Shown here in pieces: positions 48,313 through 58,886 of a DNA stretch of 64,000 nucleotides; position 1 is the stretch's first letter; the number at the start of each line of letters is the position of its first letter. The notes under the pieces are model-generated. The model made no database searches. It saw nothing but the letters and a program-made list of their open reading frames with translations, and was not told where the DNA came from. A program made the position numbers and the translations under genes. The DNA is from Candidatus Eiseniibacteriota bacterium (lineage in GTDB: Bacteria; Eisenbacteria; RBG-16-71-46): NCBI GenBank assembly GCA_963707915.1, contig OY970178.1:736001-800000 (forward strand), read 5' to 3'.

Positions 48313-50766
48313 CTAGCGCATGCGCACGAGGCGCGTCGCGGCGGTCCGCCCACCCGCGCTCACGCGCGCCAGGTAGACGCCGGGCGCGGCCGCTGCGCCG
48401 TCCATCCCGCGGCCGTCCCAGGGGAGCGCGTGGCGCCCGGCGGACAGCTGCCCGTGCGGCATCGACGCGATGCGGCGGCCGGACAGGTCGAACACCTCGA
48501 CCGCGACATCCCCCGCCACCGGCAGCTCGAGCGTGAACGACATCGCGCCGCGGGACGGATTGGGCGACGACGCCAGGCGCAGCTCGCGCGGCGGCAGCGC
48601 GGGCCCGGGCGGCACGTCGACCGCGGCGTTGGTGTCGGCCACGAACCCGAGGGCCGCCAGCGTCGGGGCGATCTCCGGGTTGGCCATGAAGTGGTCCCAC
48701 AGCAGCGCGGTGCGCGCGTTCTCGATCATCAGCACGATCGGGCCCTGGTCGATCGCGATGTAGTCGCTCGCGGTCCACCCGAGCCCGGGATGGAAGGCGT
48801 CGCGGAACCCGTCGTACCCCCACAGCGTGGCGCCGTAGGTCTCGTAGAAATGCCGCGCCGCGGCCAGCGACTGCTGCGGCACGTAGGGCATCGAGGACAG
48901 CGCCGCGCTGGGCGTGATCGTGCCGTTGTCGTTCGAGTAGGCGGCGTGCGCGCTGTAGCCGTACGGGTCGTCGCTGGCGGTGAGCCCCCAGGCCAGCGCG
49001 CTGTAGCCCGCGAACCCGAGCGGGTTCGCGGCGCCGTAGGCCACCTGGACCAGCGAATGGTTGCGGTTGTGCGTGTAGTAGTTCGCGTAGGCGTCGTGCT
49101 TGGAGCGCGGGTCGAAGCCCACGAACGAGTAATGGGCGAAGAACATCGGCCCGCCGTAGGCATAGCCGACGTTGAGGGGATATCCGTAGTAGCTCTGCCC
49201 GAGCAGCATCGCGCCGCTGCGGGCCCAGCCGGCGTGGTAGAACGCCGTCGCGACCGGGTGCGTGGGCGAGGCCACGGCGAGCAGGTAGGTGATCATGCAC
49301 TCGTTCCAGCCGGTGACGTTGTGGTCCGACAGCCCGGTGGTCGGGGAGCGGTGCCAGCGCAGCACGGTCTCGCCGGCGGGGACGAAGGCGTCCCACTCGA
49401 TCGCCTCCCAGAGCTGCGTGGCGAGCGCGCGGATCTCGACCTCGTCCGCGTCCGCGCCGTCGAAGTAGCGGCGCACCGTGAGCAGGCCCTGCGCGAGGTA
49501 CGCCGTCTCGACCAGATCCACGGTGTCGTCGGTCGGGCCGAGGAAGCCGACGTACTGCCCGGTGACGCCGTGGATCCAGTGCGGGAACGCGCCCCAGTGC
49601 CGCTCGGCCGTGTTGGCGAGGAAGTGGAGGACCTGCCGCACCCGCGCCGCGCCCGCGGCGCGGGTGACGAAACCGCGCTCGATGCCCACCGGCACGGCCA
49701 TGATGCCGAAGCCGGTGCCGCCGGCGGCACACACGTCGCCCGAGGACGAGCGCTCGCGGATTAGGCCCGACACCGGGTGGGCGCTCTGCCAGAAGTAGCG
49801 GAAAGTCGAGCGCTGGACCATGTCGAGGAAGGCCGCGTCGTCGAGCGACTGGGTGGTGGCGGTGAACGCCTCGGTCGGCGCCGACTCGCGGAAGCTCCAG
49901 TCCTCGGTGACCGCGCGCAGCGTGCAGGTCACCGCCGCCGCGCCGGTCCACAGCGCCCGGCCACCGTCCTCGGCGCTGGCCCATACCCACGGCGACCAGG
50001 CGCCGTTGGTCAACCGCTCGATCCGGTACGACTCCACGTCGGCCGGGGTGGGCAGGTCCCAGCCGAGGTCGACGTGGCGCTCGCCGGCGGTGGCCAGCAC
50101 GCCGGTGGGCGTGAGCGGCAGCGTGGGATCGGAACGCACCCAGCGCAACTCGTCGAGGTACACCGTGCGCTGCACGTTGAGCGTGCCGCCCGGGGTCTGC
50201 GCGAAGAACGTCTTATTCATCACCGAGAGGTCCGCGCTGCCGGGACCGGCCTTGAGCGGCGCCAGGGCCATCACGAGGCGGGTCCAGGTGGCCGCCGGCA
50301 GGCCGGCCGGGTTGTAGGGCGCCATCGGGTAGCGCGGCGTGCGCGTGTTGTTCCGGTCCTCGATGAACACGGTGGGCAGGTCGCTCGCCGCCAGCGCCGT
50401 GCTCGAGTAGGCCCAGAACACCAGCGAGTCGAGTTGCGCGCCGTCCACCGCGGTCCAGCCGGTGTTGGCCACGCCGAGCAACCAGTCGCCCCCCGACCTC
50501 GCGGTGGTGCGCATGCGCAGGCTGCTGGTCCCGCGCCAGCGCGTGGCGTACTCGAGCGGGGCCTTGCTGCCGTTGATGACCTCGACCGCGCTGCCCCCCG
50601 AGGCGTACCCGTAGGAGAGGTCCCAGTAGGTGCCGGTGCCGTCGCGGAACAGGCGCACGCCCTGGGCGCGGACGGTGGCGGGGGCGAGGCCGGCGGCGAG
50701 CAGGGCCGAGCCCAGGACGACGGCGAAGAGCAGGCGGATGCGAAGGGCAGGAGGAGTGGGTTCCAT
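48313..50766 (-). CDS. Secreted GH144-like (glycoamylase family, beta-1,2-glucanase-like) protein with a FlgD/T9SS-like C-terminus
   Basis: FRYFW..AHP.SGL.RER, GGTGFG, DLVET, GWNE, AIDQGP; C-terminal PNP...WDG..GVY. Confidence 0.82.
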   Translation of the reverse strand: MEPTPPALRIRLLFAVVLGSALLAAGLAPATVRAQGVRLFRDGTGTYWDLSYGYASGGSAVEVINGSKAPLEYATRWRGTSSLRMRTTARSGGDWLLGVANTGWTAVDGAQLDSLVFWAYSSTALAASDLPTVFIEDRNNTRTPRYPMAPYNPAGLPAATWTRLVMALAPLKAGPGSADLSVMNKTFFAQTPGGTLNVQRTVYLDELRWVRSDPTLPLTPTGVLATAGERHVDLGWDLPTPADVESYRIERLTNGAWSPWVWASAEDGGRALWTGAAAVTCTLRAVTEDWSFRESAPTEAFTATTQSLDDAAFLDMVQRSTFRYFWQSAHPVSGLIRERSSSGDVCAAGGTGFGIMAVPVGIERGFVTRAAGAARVRQVLHFLANTAERHWGAFPHWIHGVTGQYVGFLGPTDDTVDLVETAYLAQGLLTVRRYFDGADADEVEIRALATQLWEAIEWDAFVPAGETVLRWHRSPTTGLSDHNVTGWNECMITYLLAVASPTHPVATAFYHAGWARSGAMLLGQSYYGYPLNVGYAYGGPMFFAHYSFVGFDPRSKHDAYANYYTHNRNHSLVQVAYGAANPLGFAGYSALAWGLTASDDPYGYSAHAAYSNDNGTITPSAALSSMPYVPQQSLAAARHFYETYGATLWGYDGFRDAFHPGLGWTASDYIAIDQGPIVLMIENARTALLWDHFMANPEIAPTLAALGFVADTNAAVDVPPGPALPPRELRLASSPNPSRGAMSFTLELPVAGDVAVEVFDLSGRRIASMPHGQLSAGRHALPWDGRGMDGAAAAPGVYLARVSAGGRTAATRLVRMR

Positions 50767-51103
50767 GCCGTAAGAGTATCAGGCGGGCGAGCGCCGGGCG
50801 AGCGGCCCGGGACCGGGTCCGGGGCGCAAGAGAAGCGGCGGTCGTGGCCCGGCTGCCCGGCGCACCGGCGATCGATCGGCGAGGCCACGGGTCGGGCGCC
50901 GCCGCTCCCCGGCGGGGTGGCCCGGATTCGGCCCGGGGCCGACGCTTTCCCGTTGCCTGCGCCGCGGGGGCGTGCCAGTATGCCACCATTCGGATAGGGT
51001 GAAATGGGATTCGTCGTAGTGTCCGCGGCGCCCCGCGGCGCGCGGGTGGACCTGGCCATCGTCACGGGCGTTTCGACCTGACCTCGACAGACTTGAGGCG
51101 ACC

Positions 51104-52438
51104 ATGAACGAATGCCGCACGGTTCGAACGCCGTCGAGCGCTCACCGTCGACTCGCGTCTCCCTCCCGGTCGGGCATCGCCCTGCTGACCCTCGCCTGCC
51201 TGGCGTTCTTCCCTCACGGGACCGACGGCGCGCGCGCGGCGAAGCCGGTCGTGCTCCAGAAGCAGGTCGACGCCCTCGTCGGCCAGCTCTTCTCCGGCCC
51301 CCTGGCCCGCTCCGGCGCGATTCGCGGCACGATCCGCTTCGACGGCGTCGCCTGGGACACCGGCGAGGGCGTCGCGGCCGGGACCAGCCGGCTCGGCCTG
51401 GATCTCGACGACGCGCTCAAGGGGGCACTGGCGGAGCGCCGCATGGACGTCGCCACGGGCTCGCTCGCCGGCAGCAAGGGCATCGGCAGCACGCTGCTGC
51501 GCGGGGGCTTCAAGGTGCTCAAGTCCGGCGTGCAGCTCTCGCTGGCGCTGGTGGACGCCAACACCGGGCGGGTGATCTCCAAGGCGCAGCGCGTCATGAG
51601 CGCGAACAGCCTGGCGGGGGTCGCGCAGGAGGAACTGCTGCCCCCCGACGCGACCAACGCGCGACTGCTCGCCCGGCTGGTCACCGGGAGCCTGGGCGGC
51701 GCGACGGCGGCCGGCGGGCTGCGGCTGAGCACGGATCGCGGGACCCAGGCCGCGTACGCGGAGGGGGACACGTTGCACGTCCTGGTCGAGTCGGACCGCG
51801 ACTGCTACGTGCGCCTCTACCACATCTCGTGGAGCGACCGCGCCCTCACCCTGGTGTTCCCCAACCGCAGCGACCGGGACTCCTACCTGCCGGCGGGGAC
51901 GCTCAAGTCCATCCCCGCGGAGGGCACCGGCGTCGTCTTCGAGGTCTCCAAGCCCTACGGCGTGGACGCCCTGGTCGCCATCTCGAGCGCGACGCCCTTC
52001 GATGACGATGCGGCGGTGACCGCCGGCCTGGCCGGAGCCGCCGCCCTGCCGTTGAGCGGCGCGGCGAAGGGGGTCTCCCGCGTGGGCGACTACCTCGCGC
52101 GGCAGGGGGTCAGCGCAGCGCAGGCCAGGGGCGTGCTCGCCAAGGGGCTCTTCGTCCGCCTGCCCGAGAGTGGCTCGAGCGCGGAGGCGGTCGCGGAGCC
52201 GGCCTACGTGCCCGAACCGGCCGCACCGCCGGCGGGCGCCGAGACGATCACGCCCGAGGCGGCCCCGCAGCCGGCCGACCCGGAAGCCCCAGCCGTGCAG
52301 ACCAGCCCGCAGGAAGCTCCACGCGACCCCCCACCGACCAGCCTGTCCCCGCCGCCCCCGGTTGCCCCCGGGAACTCCCCACTCGCGAGGGCCGTATGCT
52401 ACTTCACGACGCTACCCCGGCTTCGACTCCTCCGTTGA
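51104..52438 (+). CDS. Exported DUF4384-like domain protein
   Basis: YAEGD.L.V...RDCYV.L, LVFPN, SKPYGVD..VAI.S; hydrophobic leader. Confidence 0.72.
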   Translation: MNECRTVRTPSSAHRRLASPSRSGIALLTLACLAFFPHGTDGARAAKPVVLQKQVDALVGQLFSGPLARSGAIRGTIRFDGVAWDTGEGVAAGTSRLGLDLDDALKGALAERRMDVATGSLAGSKGIGSTLLRGGFKVLKSGVQLSLALVDANTGRVISKAQRVMSANSLAGVAQEELLPPDATNARLLARLVTGSLGGATAAGGLRLSTDRGTQAAYAEGDTLHVLVESDRDCYVRLYHISWSDRALTLVFPNRSDRDSYLPAGTLKSIPAEGTGVVFEVSKPYGVDALVAISSATPFDDDAAVTAGLAGAAALPLSGAAKGVSRVGDYLARQGVSAAQARGVLAKGLFVRLPESGSSAEAVAEPAYVPEPAAPPAGAETITPEAAPQPADPEAPAVQTSPQEAPRDPPPTSLSPPPPVAPGNSPLARAVCYFTTLPRLRLLR

Positions 52439-53799
52439 ACCTCCTGCGACTGGCGAGCGTGCTCCTGCTCGTCGCCGCGCTCGCACCCGCGCCCGCGGCC
52501 GCGCAGGCCGACGGCCAGAAGGGCCTGCAGCTCATCCTCGCCGATTCCACCCAGAAGCAGCTCACCGGCTTCACCTCGCTGGCCAAGTACGCGCTGGTGA
52601 TCGGCATCAACCAGTACCAGAACCAGTCCCAGGGCATCACCCCGCTGCGCTACGCGGTGGGAGACGCGCGGGCGGTCTACCAGGCGCTGGTGGACCCTCG
52701 ACGCGGGGGATTCCGGCCCGAGAACGTCACGCTGCTGACCGACGACACTCCGGAGAAGCCCACCAACACCGCCATTGGCAAGGCCCTCAACCGGCTGATC
52801 ACCTCGACCGGCCAGGGCGACCTGGTGCTGGTGTTCTTCTCGGGCCACGGTTTCGAGGACCAAGGCCGCGCCTACCTGTTGCCGGCCAACGCCGATCTGG
52901 AGGCGCTCGACTACAGCGCCATCGAGCGCGACGCCTTCGTGCGGCAGATCGACCGGATCACCGCCAAGAAGGTGATCGTGGTGCTCGACGCCTGCCACTC
53001 GGGCGGGGTGAACCGCGGCGGCAAGAGCGTCGGCAAGGACGCGGCGCTGAGCACGAAGTACTACGAGAACTTCGCCGGCTCGCAGGGCCGGGCCTTCATC
53101 GCCTCCAGCGGCGGGGGAGAGCTGTCCTGGGAGGACGAGGACAAGGGCCACGGCGTGTTCACCTCGGCGCTGGTGGACGCGCTCTCGGGCAAGGCGGACA
53201 CCCAGCCGCGCGACGGCGTGATCTCGCTCAACGAGCTGCGTGGCTACGTCGAGACCCAGGTCAGCGACTGGGCCGGGCGGCGGGGCAAGTCGCAGCACCC
53301 GCAGGTGAGCCTCGAGTCGGCGTTCGGCGACATCCCGCTGGCGCTCGACTACGGCTACCTCGAGAGCCAGTCGCAGGACCTGGCCGGGCGGCGCGACCTG
53401 GTGGCGCGGCTGAAGCCGGGGCTGACGACGCTGGAGGGCCTCAAGCCGGAGGAGTTGGCCCAGGCGGTGGCGGTGCTCGACCGCTACGCCCGGGGCGAGA
53501 AGCTCAGCGACGCCGAGAGCCAGCACTTCGAGTTCGTGCGCAAGCTGGCGGACGGCGCCATCGACCTGAAGCTGTACCGGGCCGGGACCGCCAAGGTGCC
53601 CTCGCTCGCGACCGCGGCGCAGATCACGCCGCAGAAGAAGAAGTCGCCGGCGATGTGGATCCTGGGCGGCGTGGTCGCCGCGGGCGCCGGCGTGGCGCTC
53701 GGCATGGCCGGCGGCGGCAGTGCCGGCAGCCCCGGTGGCGGCGCCACCCCGATCACACCGACCACGCTGCCGGCGCCCCCGTCGCCGCCGGCGCCTTGA
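52396..53799 (+). CDS. Caspase-family (peptidase C14) protein with a signal peptide
   Basis: ALVIGINQY, FFSGHG, LDACHSG, HGVFTSAL; start may be TTG 52435. Confidence 0.88.
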   Translation: MLLHDATPASTPPLNLLRLASVLLLVAALAPAPAAAQADGQKGLQLILADSTQKQLTGFTSLAKYALVIGINQYQNQSQGITPLRYAVGDARAVYQALVDPRRGGFRPENVTLLTDDTPEKPTNTAIGKALNRLITSTGQGDLVLVFFSGHGFEDQGRAYLLPANADLEALDYSAIERDAFVRQIDRITAKKVIVVLDACHSGGVNRGGKSVGKDAALSTKYYENFAGSQGRAFIASSGGGELSWEDEDKGHGVFTSALVDALSGKADTQPRDGVISLNELRGYVETQVSDWAGRRGKSQHPQVSLESAFGDIPLALDYGYLESQSQDLAGRRDLVARLKPGLTTLEGLKPEELAQAVAVLDRYARGEKLSDAESQHFEFVRKLADGAIDLKLYRAGTAKVPSLATAAQITPQKKKSPAMWILGGVVAAGAGVALGMAGGGSAGSPGGGATPITPTTLPAPPSPPAP

Positions 53800-53807
53800 G
53801 GCCCGCC

Positions 53808-56798
53808 ATGAGAGCTCCCTGCACCCATCCGAGCATGGGAAGCGCCCGGCGGCGGGATGCCGGCCCCGGGGCGCCAGTTCGCTGGCGCGCACGGGCGGTC
53901 CGGTTCGCGGCCGCGCTCGCCTTCGTCGTGTGCGTCACCGGCCTGGCGCCGGTCGCGCCCGCACGGGCGGAGTGGCAACTGGACGGCACCCCGGCCTGCG
54001 CCGGGACGGACCAGCAGTTCGTGCCGCGCATCGTCTCCGACGGCGCCGGGGGCGTCATCTTCGCCTGGGAGGACTCCCGGGGCGGGACGAGCGATCTCTA
54101 CATGCAGCGCATGGACGCATCGGGCGAGGTCCAGTGGACCTCCACCGGCCGGGCCGTCTGCACCGCGGCGGGCGCCCAGACGCCCTACGGGCTCATCGCC
54201 TCGCCCGCGGGCGGGGCGGTGGCCTGCTGGCTGGACACGCGCGGGGGAAGCTGGTTCGACCTCTACGCGCAGCGGGTCGACGCCAGCGGCGCCGCGCTGT
54301 GGACGGATGACGGAGTCGCCGTCTGCACCGGCGCCGGCCCCGAGGCGCCGACCCTGGCATCGGACGGCTCGACCGGTGCCCTCGTGACGTGGCAGGACTC
54401 GCGCAACGGCAACCGCGACATCTTCGTGCAGCGGGTCGACTCCGCGGGCGCGACCCGTTGGACCGCCAACGGCGTGCCGGTGTGCACCGCCGCGGGCGAC
54501 CAGTACGGCGCCGTCGTCGTCAGCGATGGGGCCGGCGGGGCGATCGTCGCCTGGGTGGACATGCGGTCGGGAATGAACGACGTCTACGCCCAACGCGTGA
54601 ACGCCGCGGGCACGCCGTTGTGGCCGGCGAACGGGATCGCGCTCGGCAGCCACTCGCTCGGCACGTGCAGTATCGTGCCCGACGGCTCCGGTGGGGCGAT
54701 CGTCGCGTGGGTCGATGACGGCGGGGGCCGCGCCAGCCGCGTCACGGCGGGGGGCGGGCTGTACTGGGGTTCGGGCGGCGTGCTCATCCACGCCGGCGCG
54801 GGTGACCTGCGGACCGCCCCGGCCGGCGGCGGCGGCGTGTTCATCGCCTTCAGCCGCTATCTCGCCGCCGACAACTCGGACGTCTTCGTGCAGAAACTCG
54901 ACGGCGCGGGCGTCGCGTACTGGCCCAGCAGCGGGTTCCCCGTCATCACGCGAGCGGGGAACCAATGGCCCTACGCACTCCAGGTGGACGCGAGCGGGAA
55001 CGCGCTCATCTACTGCGCGTCCTCCGACTCCGCGAGCTATCTCCAACGGGTGGCGGCTGACGGCGTACTGTCATGGCCGCTCTGGGGCGTGCGCGTCATC
55101 CCCAAGGTCGTGGGCACCGACCCGAGCGATTATGGCGTCGTCACGGATGGGAGCGGAGGCGCGATCGTGGGCTGGTCCGCCAACACCGCCTCGTACGGGC
55201 AGAGCTCTTCCATCCACGCGTACGCCCGCCGGGTTCCCGCGGCCGGCCTGCGCACCATTCGCGCGGCCTGGAGCGCCGGCGGCCACGTGTCCCTGCTCGA
55301 CTCGCGCTTCACCTTCCGGGATTCCGTCACCGCGAGCGCCCTGGAGGCCGCGCGCTTCCAACTGCTCCCGGACCCGGGCTACTACGTCAACTCCGTGAAC
55401 CTCGACGGGGTCTCGCAGGGGACGGTCCCCAACCTCGACCTCGGCCACCCGACAGCCGGCCACACCATCTACGCCGGCTTCTCCAACGCCACCTGGTTCG
55501 AACCAGCCGTCACCACGCCGCGGAGCGCCTACACCACCGTGGCGTTCCCGCTCGCGTTCGCGAACGACAGCGTGCGCTCGGTGCTGGGCGAACTGGGGCC
55601 GTACGACGACACGGCGTGGCGCATGGCGCGCTGGAGCCCGGAAGCCGGCGCCTACCAGTACGCCGGGCAGGGCTTCCACACCCTGCAGGCGGGCGCCGGC
55701 TACTGGCTCATCACCGCGAACGGCGCCCAGGTGCAGGCGGACGGCGCGCCACTGACCGCCGACACCGTGGGGGTCGAGCTGCTCGGCACCGATGCCAGCG
55801 GCTGGAACCAGGTCGCCAATCCCTACCGCTTCCCGGTCGCCGATACGGCGCTCCGGGTGCTCGGCCCGGACGGGCTGGCCGGATTCACTTCCGGTTCGAA
55901 CACGTCCACCGATCCGTTCCTCTGGGAGTGGAAGGGCGGCAGCAACTACGACTCGGTGCGGACGGTCGAGCCGCGCAAGGTGTACTGGGTGCGCAAGGCG
56001 GTCTCGGCACCCGTGCACCTCGTCTTCCCCAACTGGTCGAGCACCGTCACCAGCCCGGGCCCGGCCGCTGCGCCGGCCGGCGCCGAGTGGTCGGTGGCGA
56101 TGACGGCACGCCAGGGTGAAGCCACCAGCATGCGCGTGCTGGCGGGGCGCTGGGCGCGTTCCGCCGGGATGGCCGCGCTGCGGCTGGAAGCGCCGCCCGG
56201 ATCGCCGGACGGCGGACTGAGCCTGCGCATCCGCGAGGCCGGCGGCGCGGGGGCGGGCCGGATCGCGGACTTCACGCGCGAGGACGGCCCGTGGCGCTGG
56301 GAGGTCGAGTTGAGCGGGGCGGAGGCGCCCGGCGAGGTGCGGCTCGAGATCGTGGGCACGGACCTCCCCGCGGGGCTGCGGCTGTGGCTGTCGGATGACG
56401 CGCGCGATTGGCGCCAGGAGGTCCGCGCGGGCGAGACGGTGACCCTGGCAGCGACCACCGGCGTGCGACGCCTGACGTTCCACGCCGCCATCGGCGGGGA
56501 CCTCCCGGCCGGGGCGGAGGCGGGAGCGAGCATCGCCACGGCCTACCCGAACCCGTTCCGCGACCGGGTCGGGTTCGTGCTCCAGCTCGCGCGGGCATCG
56601 GCGGCGCTGCTGTCGGTCTTCGACGTGCAGGGCCGGCAGGTGCGCTCGCTGGCGACGGGCACGATGGCCCCGGGCGAGCACGTGCTGGTGTGGGACGGGC
56701 GCGACGCCGCGGGCCAGGCCGTGCCCAGCGGCGTCTACCTGGCGAGAGTGCGGACGGGCGGAACGGAGCTCGTGCGACGCATCCTGAGGATCGAGTAG
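53808..56798 (+). CDS. Secreted repeat (propeller-like) protein with a FlgD/T9SS-like C-terminus
   Basis: Repeats of SDGAGGAIVAW.D.R...D.YAQR; C-terminal YPNPF...WDGRD..GVY. Confidence 0.8.
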   Translation: MRAPCTHPSMGSARRRDAGPGAPVRWRARAVRFAAALAFVVCVTGLAPVAPARAEWQLDGTPACAGTDQQFVPRIVSDGAGGVIFAWEDSRGGTSDLYMQRMDASGEVQWTSTGRAVCTAAGAQTPYGLIASPAGGAVACWLDTRGGSWFDLYAQRVDASGAALWTDDGVAVCTGAGPEAPTLASDGSTGALVTWQDSRNGNRDIFVQRVDSAGATRWTANGVPVCTAAGDQYGAVVVSDGAGGAIVAWVDMRSGMNDVYAQRVNAAGTPLWPANGIALGSHSLGTCSIVPDGSGGAIVAWVDDGGGRASRVTAGGGLYWGSGGVLIHAGAGDLRTAPAGGGGVFIAFSRYLAADNSDVFVQKLDGAGVAYWPSSGFPVITRAGNQWPYALQVDASGNALIYCASSDSASYLQRVAADGVLSWPLWGVRVIPKVVGTDPSDYGVVTDGSGGAIVGWSANTASYGQSSSIHAYARRVPAAGLRTIRAAWSAGGHVSLLDSRFTFRDSVTASALEAARFQLLPDPGYYVNSVNLDGVSQGTVPNLDLGHPTAGHTIYAGFSNATWFEPAVTTPRSAYTTVAFPLAFANDSVRSVLGELGPYDDTAWRMARWSPEAGAYQYAGQGFHTLQAGAGYWLITANGAQVQADGAPLTADTVGVELLGTDASGWNQVANPYRFPVADTALRVLGPDGLAGFTSGSNTSTDPFLWEWKGGSNYDSVRTVEPRKVYWVRKAVSAPVHLVFPNWSSTVTSPGPAAAPAGAEWSVAMTARQGEATSMRVLAGRWARSAGMAALRLEAPPGSPDGGLSLRIREAGGAGAGRIADFTREDGPWRWEVELSGAEAPGEVRLEIVGTDLPAGLRLWLSDDARDWRQEVRAGETVTLAATTGVRRLTFHAAIGGDLPAGAEAGASIATAYPNPFRDRVGFVLQLARASAALLSVFDVQGRQVRSLATGTMAPGEHVLVWDGRDAAGQAVPSGVYLARVRTGGTELVRRILRIE

Positions 56799-56908
56799 CG
56801 GGACGCGACGGCCCGTCCCGGTCAGCCCCACCCAACATCCCGTCGACGGCGAGGTGCCGCGCGTGGCAGCGCCTCGCCCATCATCCCGCACCCAGCGGAG
56901 GTAGAACC

Positions 56909-58786
56909 ATGTGCCGCGAACCCAGGTGCATCCTGGTCCTGCTCGTGATGGCGACGCTCTCCACGGCGCTCACCGGTCCGGCGCACGCCTGGAAGGGCGC
57001 GACCCACGTCTACCTGGCCGAGGAGGCGCTGAAGGACGCACTCGACGACGGGAAGGTGACGTTCTACATCACCGACTTCTGCACCGGGCAACTCCGGCGC
57101 GACGCGGCCGGGCAACCGATCAAGGCCGGCGACTACACGGTGAACCCCGCGATGCTCGACGCCATCCGGGCGAACCGGGCGCAGTTCCGCGCCGGGACCA
57201 TCGGGCCGGACGCCTACCCGGACATCATGGTCGGCCAGATGGTGATCCATCCCGCGGGCGCGGATGGCCCCGGCCAGCCGGCAGGGAAGGACATCAACGT
57301 CGGCGGTCCCGGGGCCGGCCCGTGGCTGACCTACCTGTGGCGCATGTCCTACACGCCGCTCGTGCCGCTGCCGATGTCGCCGGGCCCGGGTCGCGTCCAG
57401 CTCTACGCGGACGGCCGCGTGCCGGCGGACACCGCGCCCGCCGTCCGTGCGTTCGTGGCCGGCTTCCTCGCCCACGCGGCCGCTGACCTGCACGGGCACA
57501 CGCTCATCAACTACTACACCGGCGCCCCCTTCAACTTCGTCCCCGGCCCGCAGAACGCGATCAAGCACATGGTGCTCGAGGCCTATATCGAGAAGCACAC
57601 ACCCGCCGTGGCATCGCAGGAGATCAGCCTCGCGGGCGGCGTGGACGCGTTCGTCGCCCGGCAGATGATCGAGGCCCGCCCGGGCTCGATCCTCAAGAAC
57701 GTCCTGCTCAAGGGCTCCGGCGCGACCTACACGGTCCCGAACGTCTATTCGAAGATGCGGAACCGGCTGGACGGCGACGTCAAGCATTATGATGCGAAGA
57801 AGGCCGAGTACGATCGGCGCTACGACGCGAAGGTCAAGGCCGCGAACGACTGCAAGCCGCTGGACATGAGCTGCAGCCGCGCCGTGCTGCTGGCCGAGGC
57901 GGCGGCCATCCAGGTGGAGAAGGCCGCCTACGTCGCCGCGAACTTCGCGCCGGTGACCTACGAGGAGCGCTGGCGCGACGACATCGACCGGGGGCTCCGG
58001 GCCTGGCCGGGCGTCAGCCACGAGCTGGTCAAGGCGCTCGTCTACACCCCGGGCGGCATCAACAAGGCACGGGCCCGCGAGGTCTGCAAGGCGTACGTGC
58101 TCGGCCACCTGCTCTCGATGTCGGGTCTGCCGGACGCGGTCGGCTCCTCGATGGCCTTCCTCGACAGGATCTTCCAGGCCCTGGAGATCCCCGGCGTCAA
58201 GCAGGCGATCGACGAGATGGAGTCCGACCTGGCCAACTTCATGATGAAGAAGTGGACCGGCATCTCGCTGGACCAGGTGGAATCGTGGATGACGAACCCC
58301 GAATCGCACTTCGACGAGGTGATGAACGCCCCGGCCTACCGGACCGAGCCGGGCGCCCACCTCGTGTCGCTGGCGGACTTCTCCACCAACCAGCTCCACC
58401 TCGCCGGCCTCGCGGCGCCGTTCGACTACCGACTCGTGCCGGCGGCCTACAACTCCGTGGTGATGACCAAGCTCGCGCTGCTCCCGCAGGGCGAGCTGGC
58501 GCGCCTGGCGCGGGACCTCCGCAGCCGCGACCTGGCGGGGCAGGTGGGCTCCTCGCCGCCCGCCCCGGTCGAGAACGTCATGGTGGGGTTCGTGCGCACC
58601 CTGGACGGCAGCTACCAGTGGAACGTGAACCCCGAGCGGATGGCGATCGACGGCCCGAACTACAAGCGGATCTTCCTGTGGCAGGTCGCCGACGCGGCCT
58701 GCGTCGGGGACGTCCGGCCGCCGCTGCAGCCGGTCCGCGGACCGGCGCCCGCGTCCACGCCCGGGCTGCCGACCATCCGTCGCTAG
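56909..58786 (+). CDS. Secreted zinc-dependent phospholipase C / S1-P1-like protein
   Basis: Mature N-terminal W (AHA|WKGATH), GTIGPD, GFLAHAAADLHGH, HMVLE. Confidence 0.72.
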   Translation: MCREPRCILVLLVMATLSTALTGPAHAWKGATHVYLAEEALKDALDDGKVTFYITDFCTGQLRRDAAGQPIKAGDYTVNPAMLDAIRANRAQFRAGTIGPDAYPDIMVGQMVIHPAGADGPGQPAGKDINVGGPGAGPWLTYLWRMSYTPLVPLPMSPGPGRVQLYADGRVPADTAPAVRAFVAGFLAHAAADLHGHTLINYYTGAPFNFVPGPQNAIKHMVLEAYIEKHTPAVASQEISLAGGVDAFVARQMIEARPGSILKNVLLKGSGATYTVPNVYSKMRNRLDGDVKHYDAKKAEYDRRYDAKVKAANDCKPLDMSCSRAVLLAEAAAIQVEKAAYVAANFAPVTYEERWRDDIDRGLRAWPGVSHELVKALVYTPGGINKARAREVCKAYVLGHLLSMSGLPDAVGSSMAFLDRIFQALEIPGVKQAIDEMESDLANFMMKKWTGISLDQVESWMTNPESHFDEVMNAPAYRTEPGAHLVSLADFSTNQLHLAGLAAPFDYRLVPAAYNSVVMTKLALLPQGELARLARDLRSRDLAGQVGSSPPAPVENVMVGFVRTLDGSYQWNVNPERMAIDGPNYKRIFLWQVADAACVGDVRPPLQPVRGPAPASTPGLPTIRR

Positions 58787-58805
58787 GGGGGGATCCACGG
58801 TCGCC

Positions 58806-58839
58806 CGGGGCCCGGCGGGAAGCACACCGCCGGGCCCCG
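58806..58839. terminator. Hairpin between convergent genes
   Basis: 13-bp stem CGGGGCCCGGCGG with an 8-nt loop. Confidence 0.5.
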
Positions 58840-58886
58840 TCGCGTTCCCGCCGGAGGGTCGGACCGGCCGGCCCGAAGCGGCGCCG

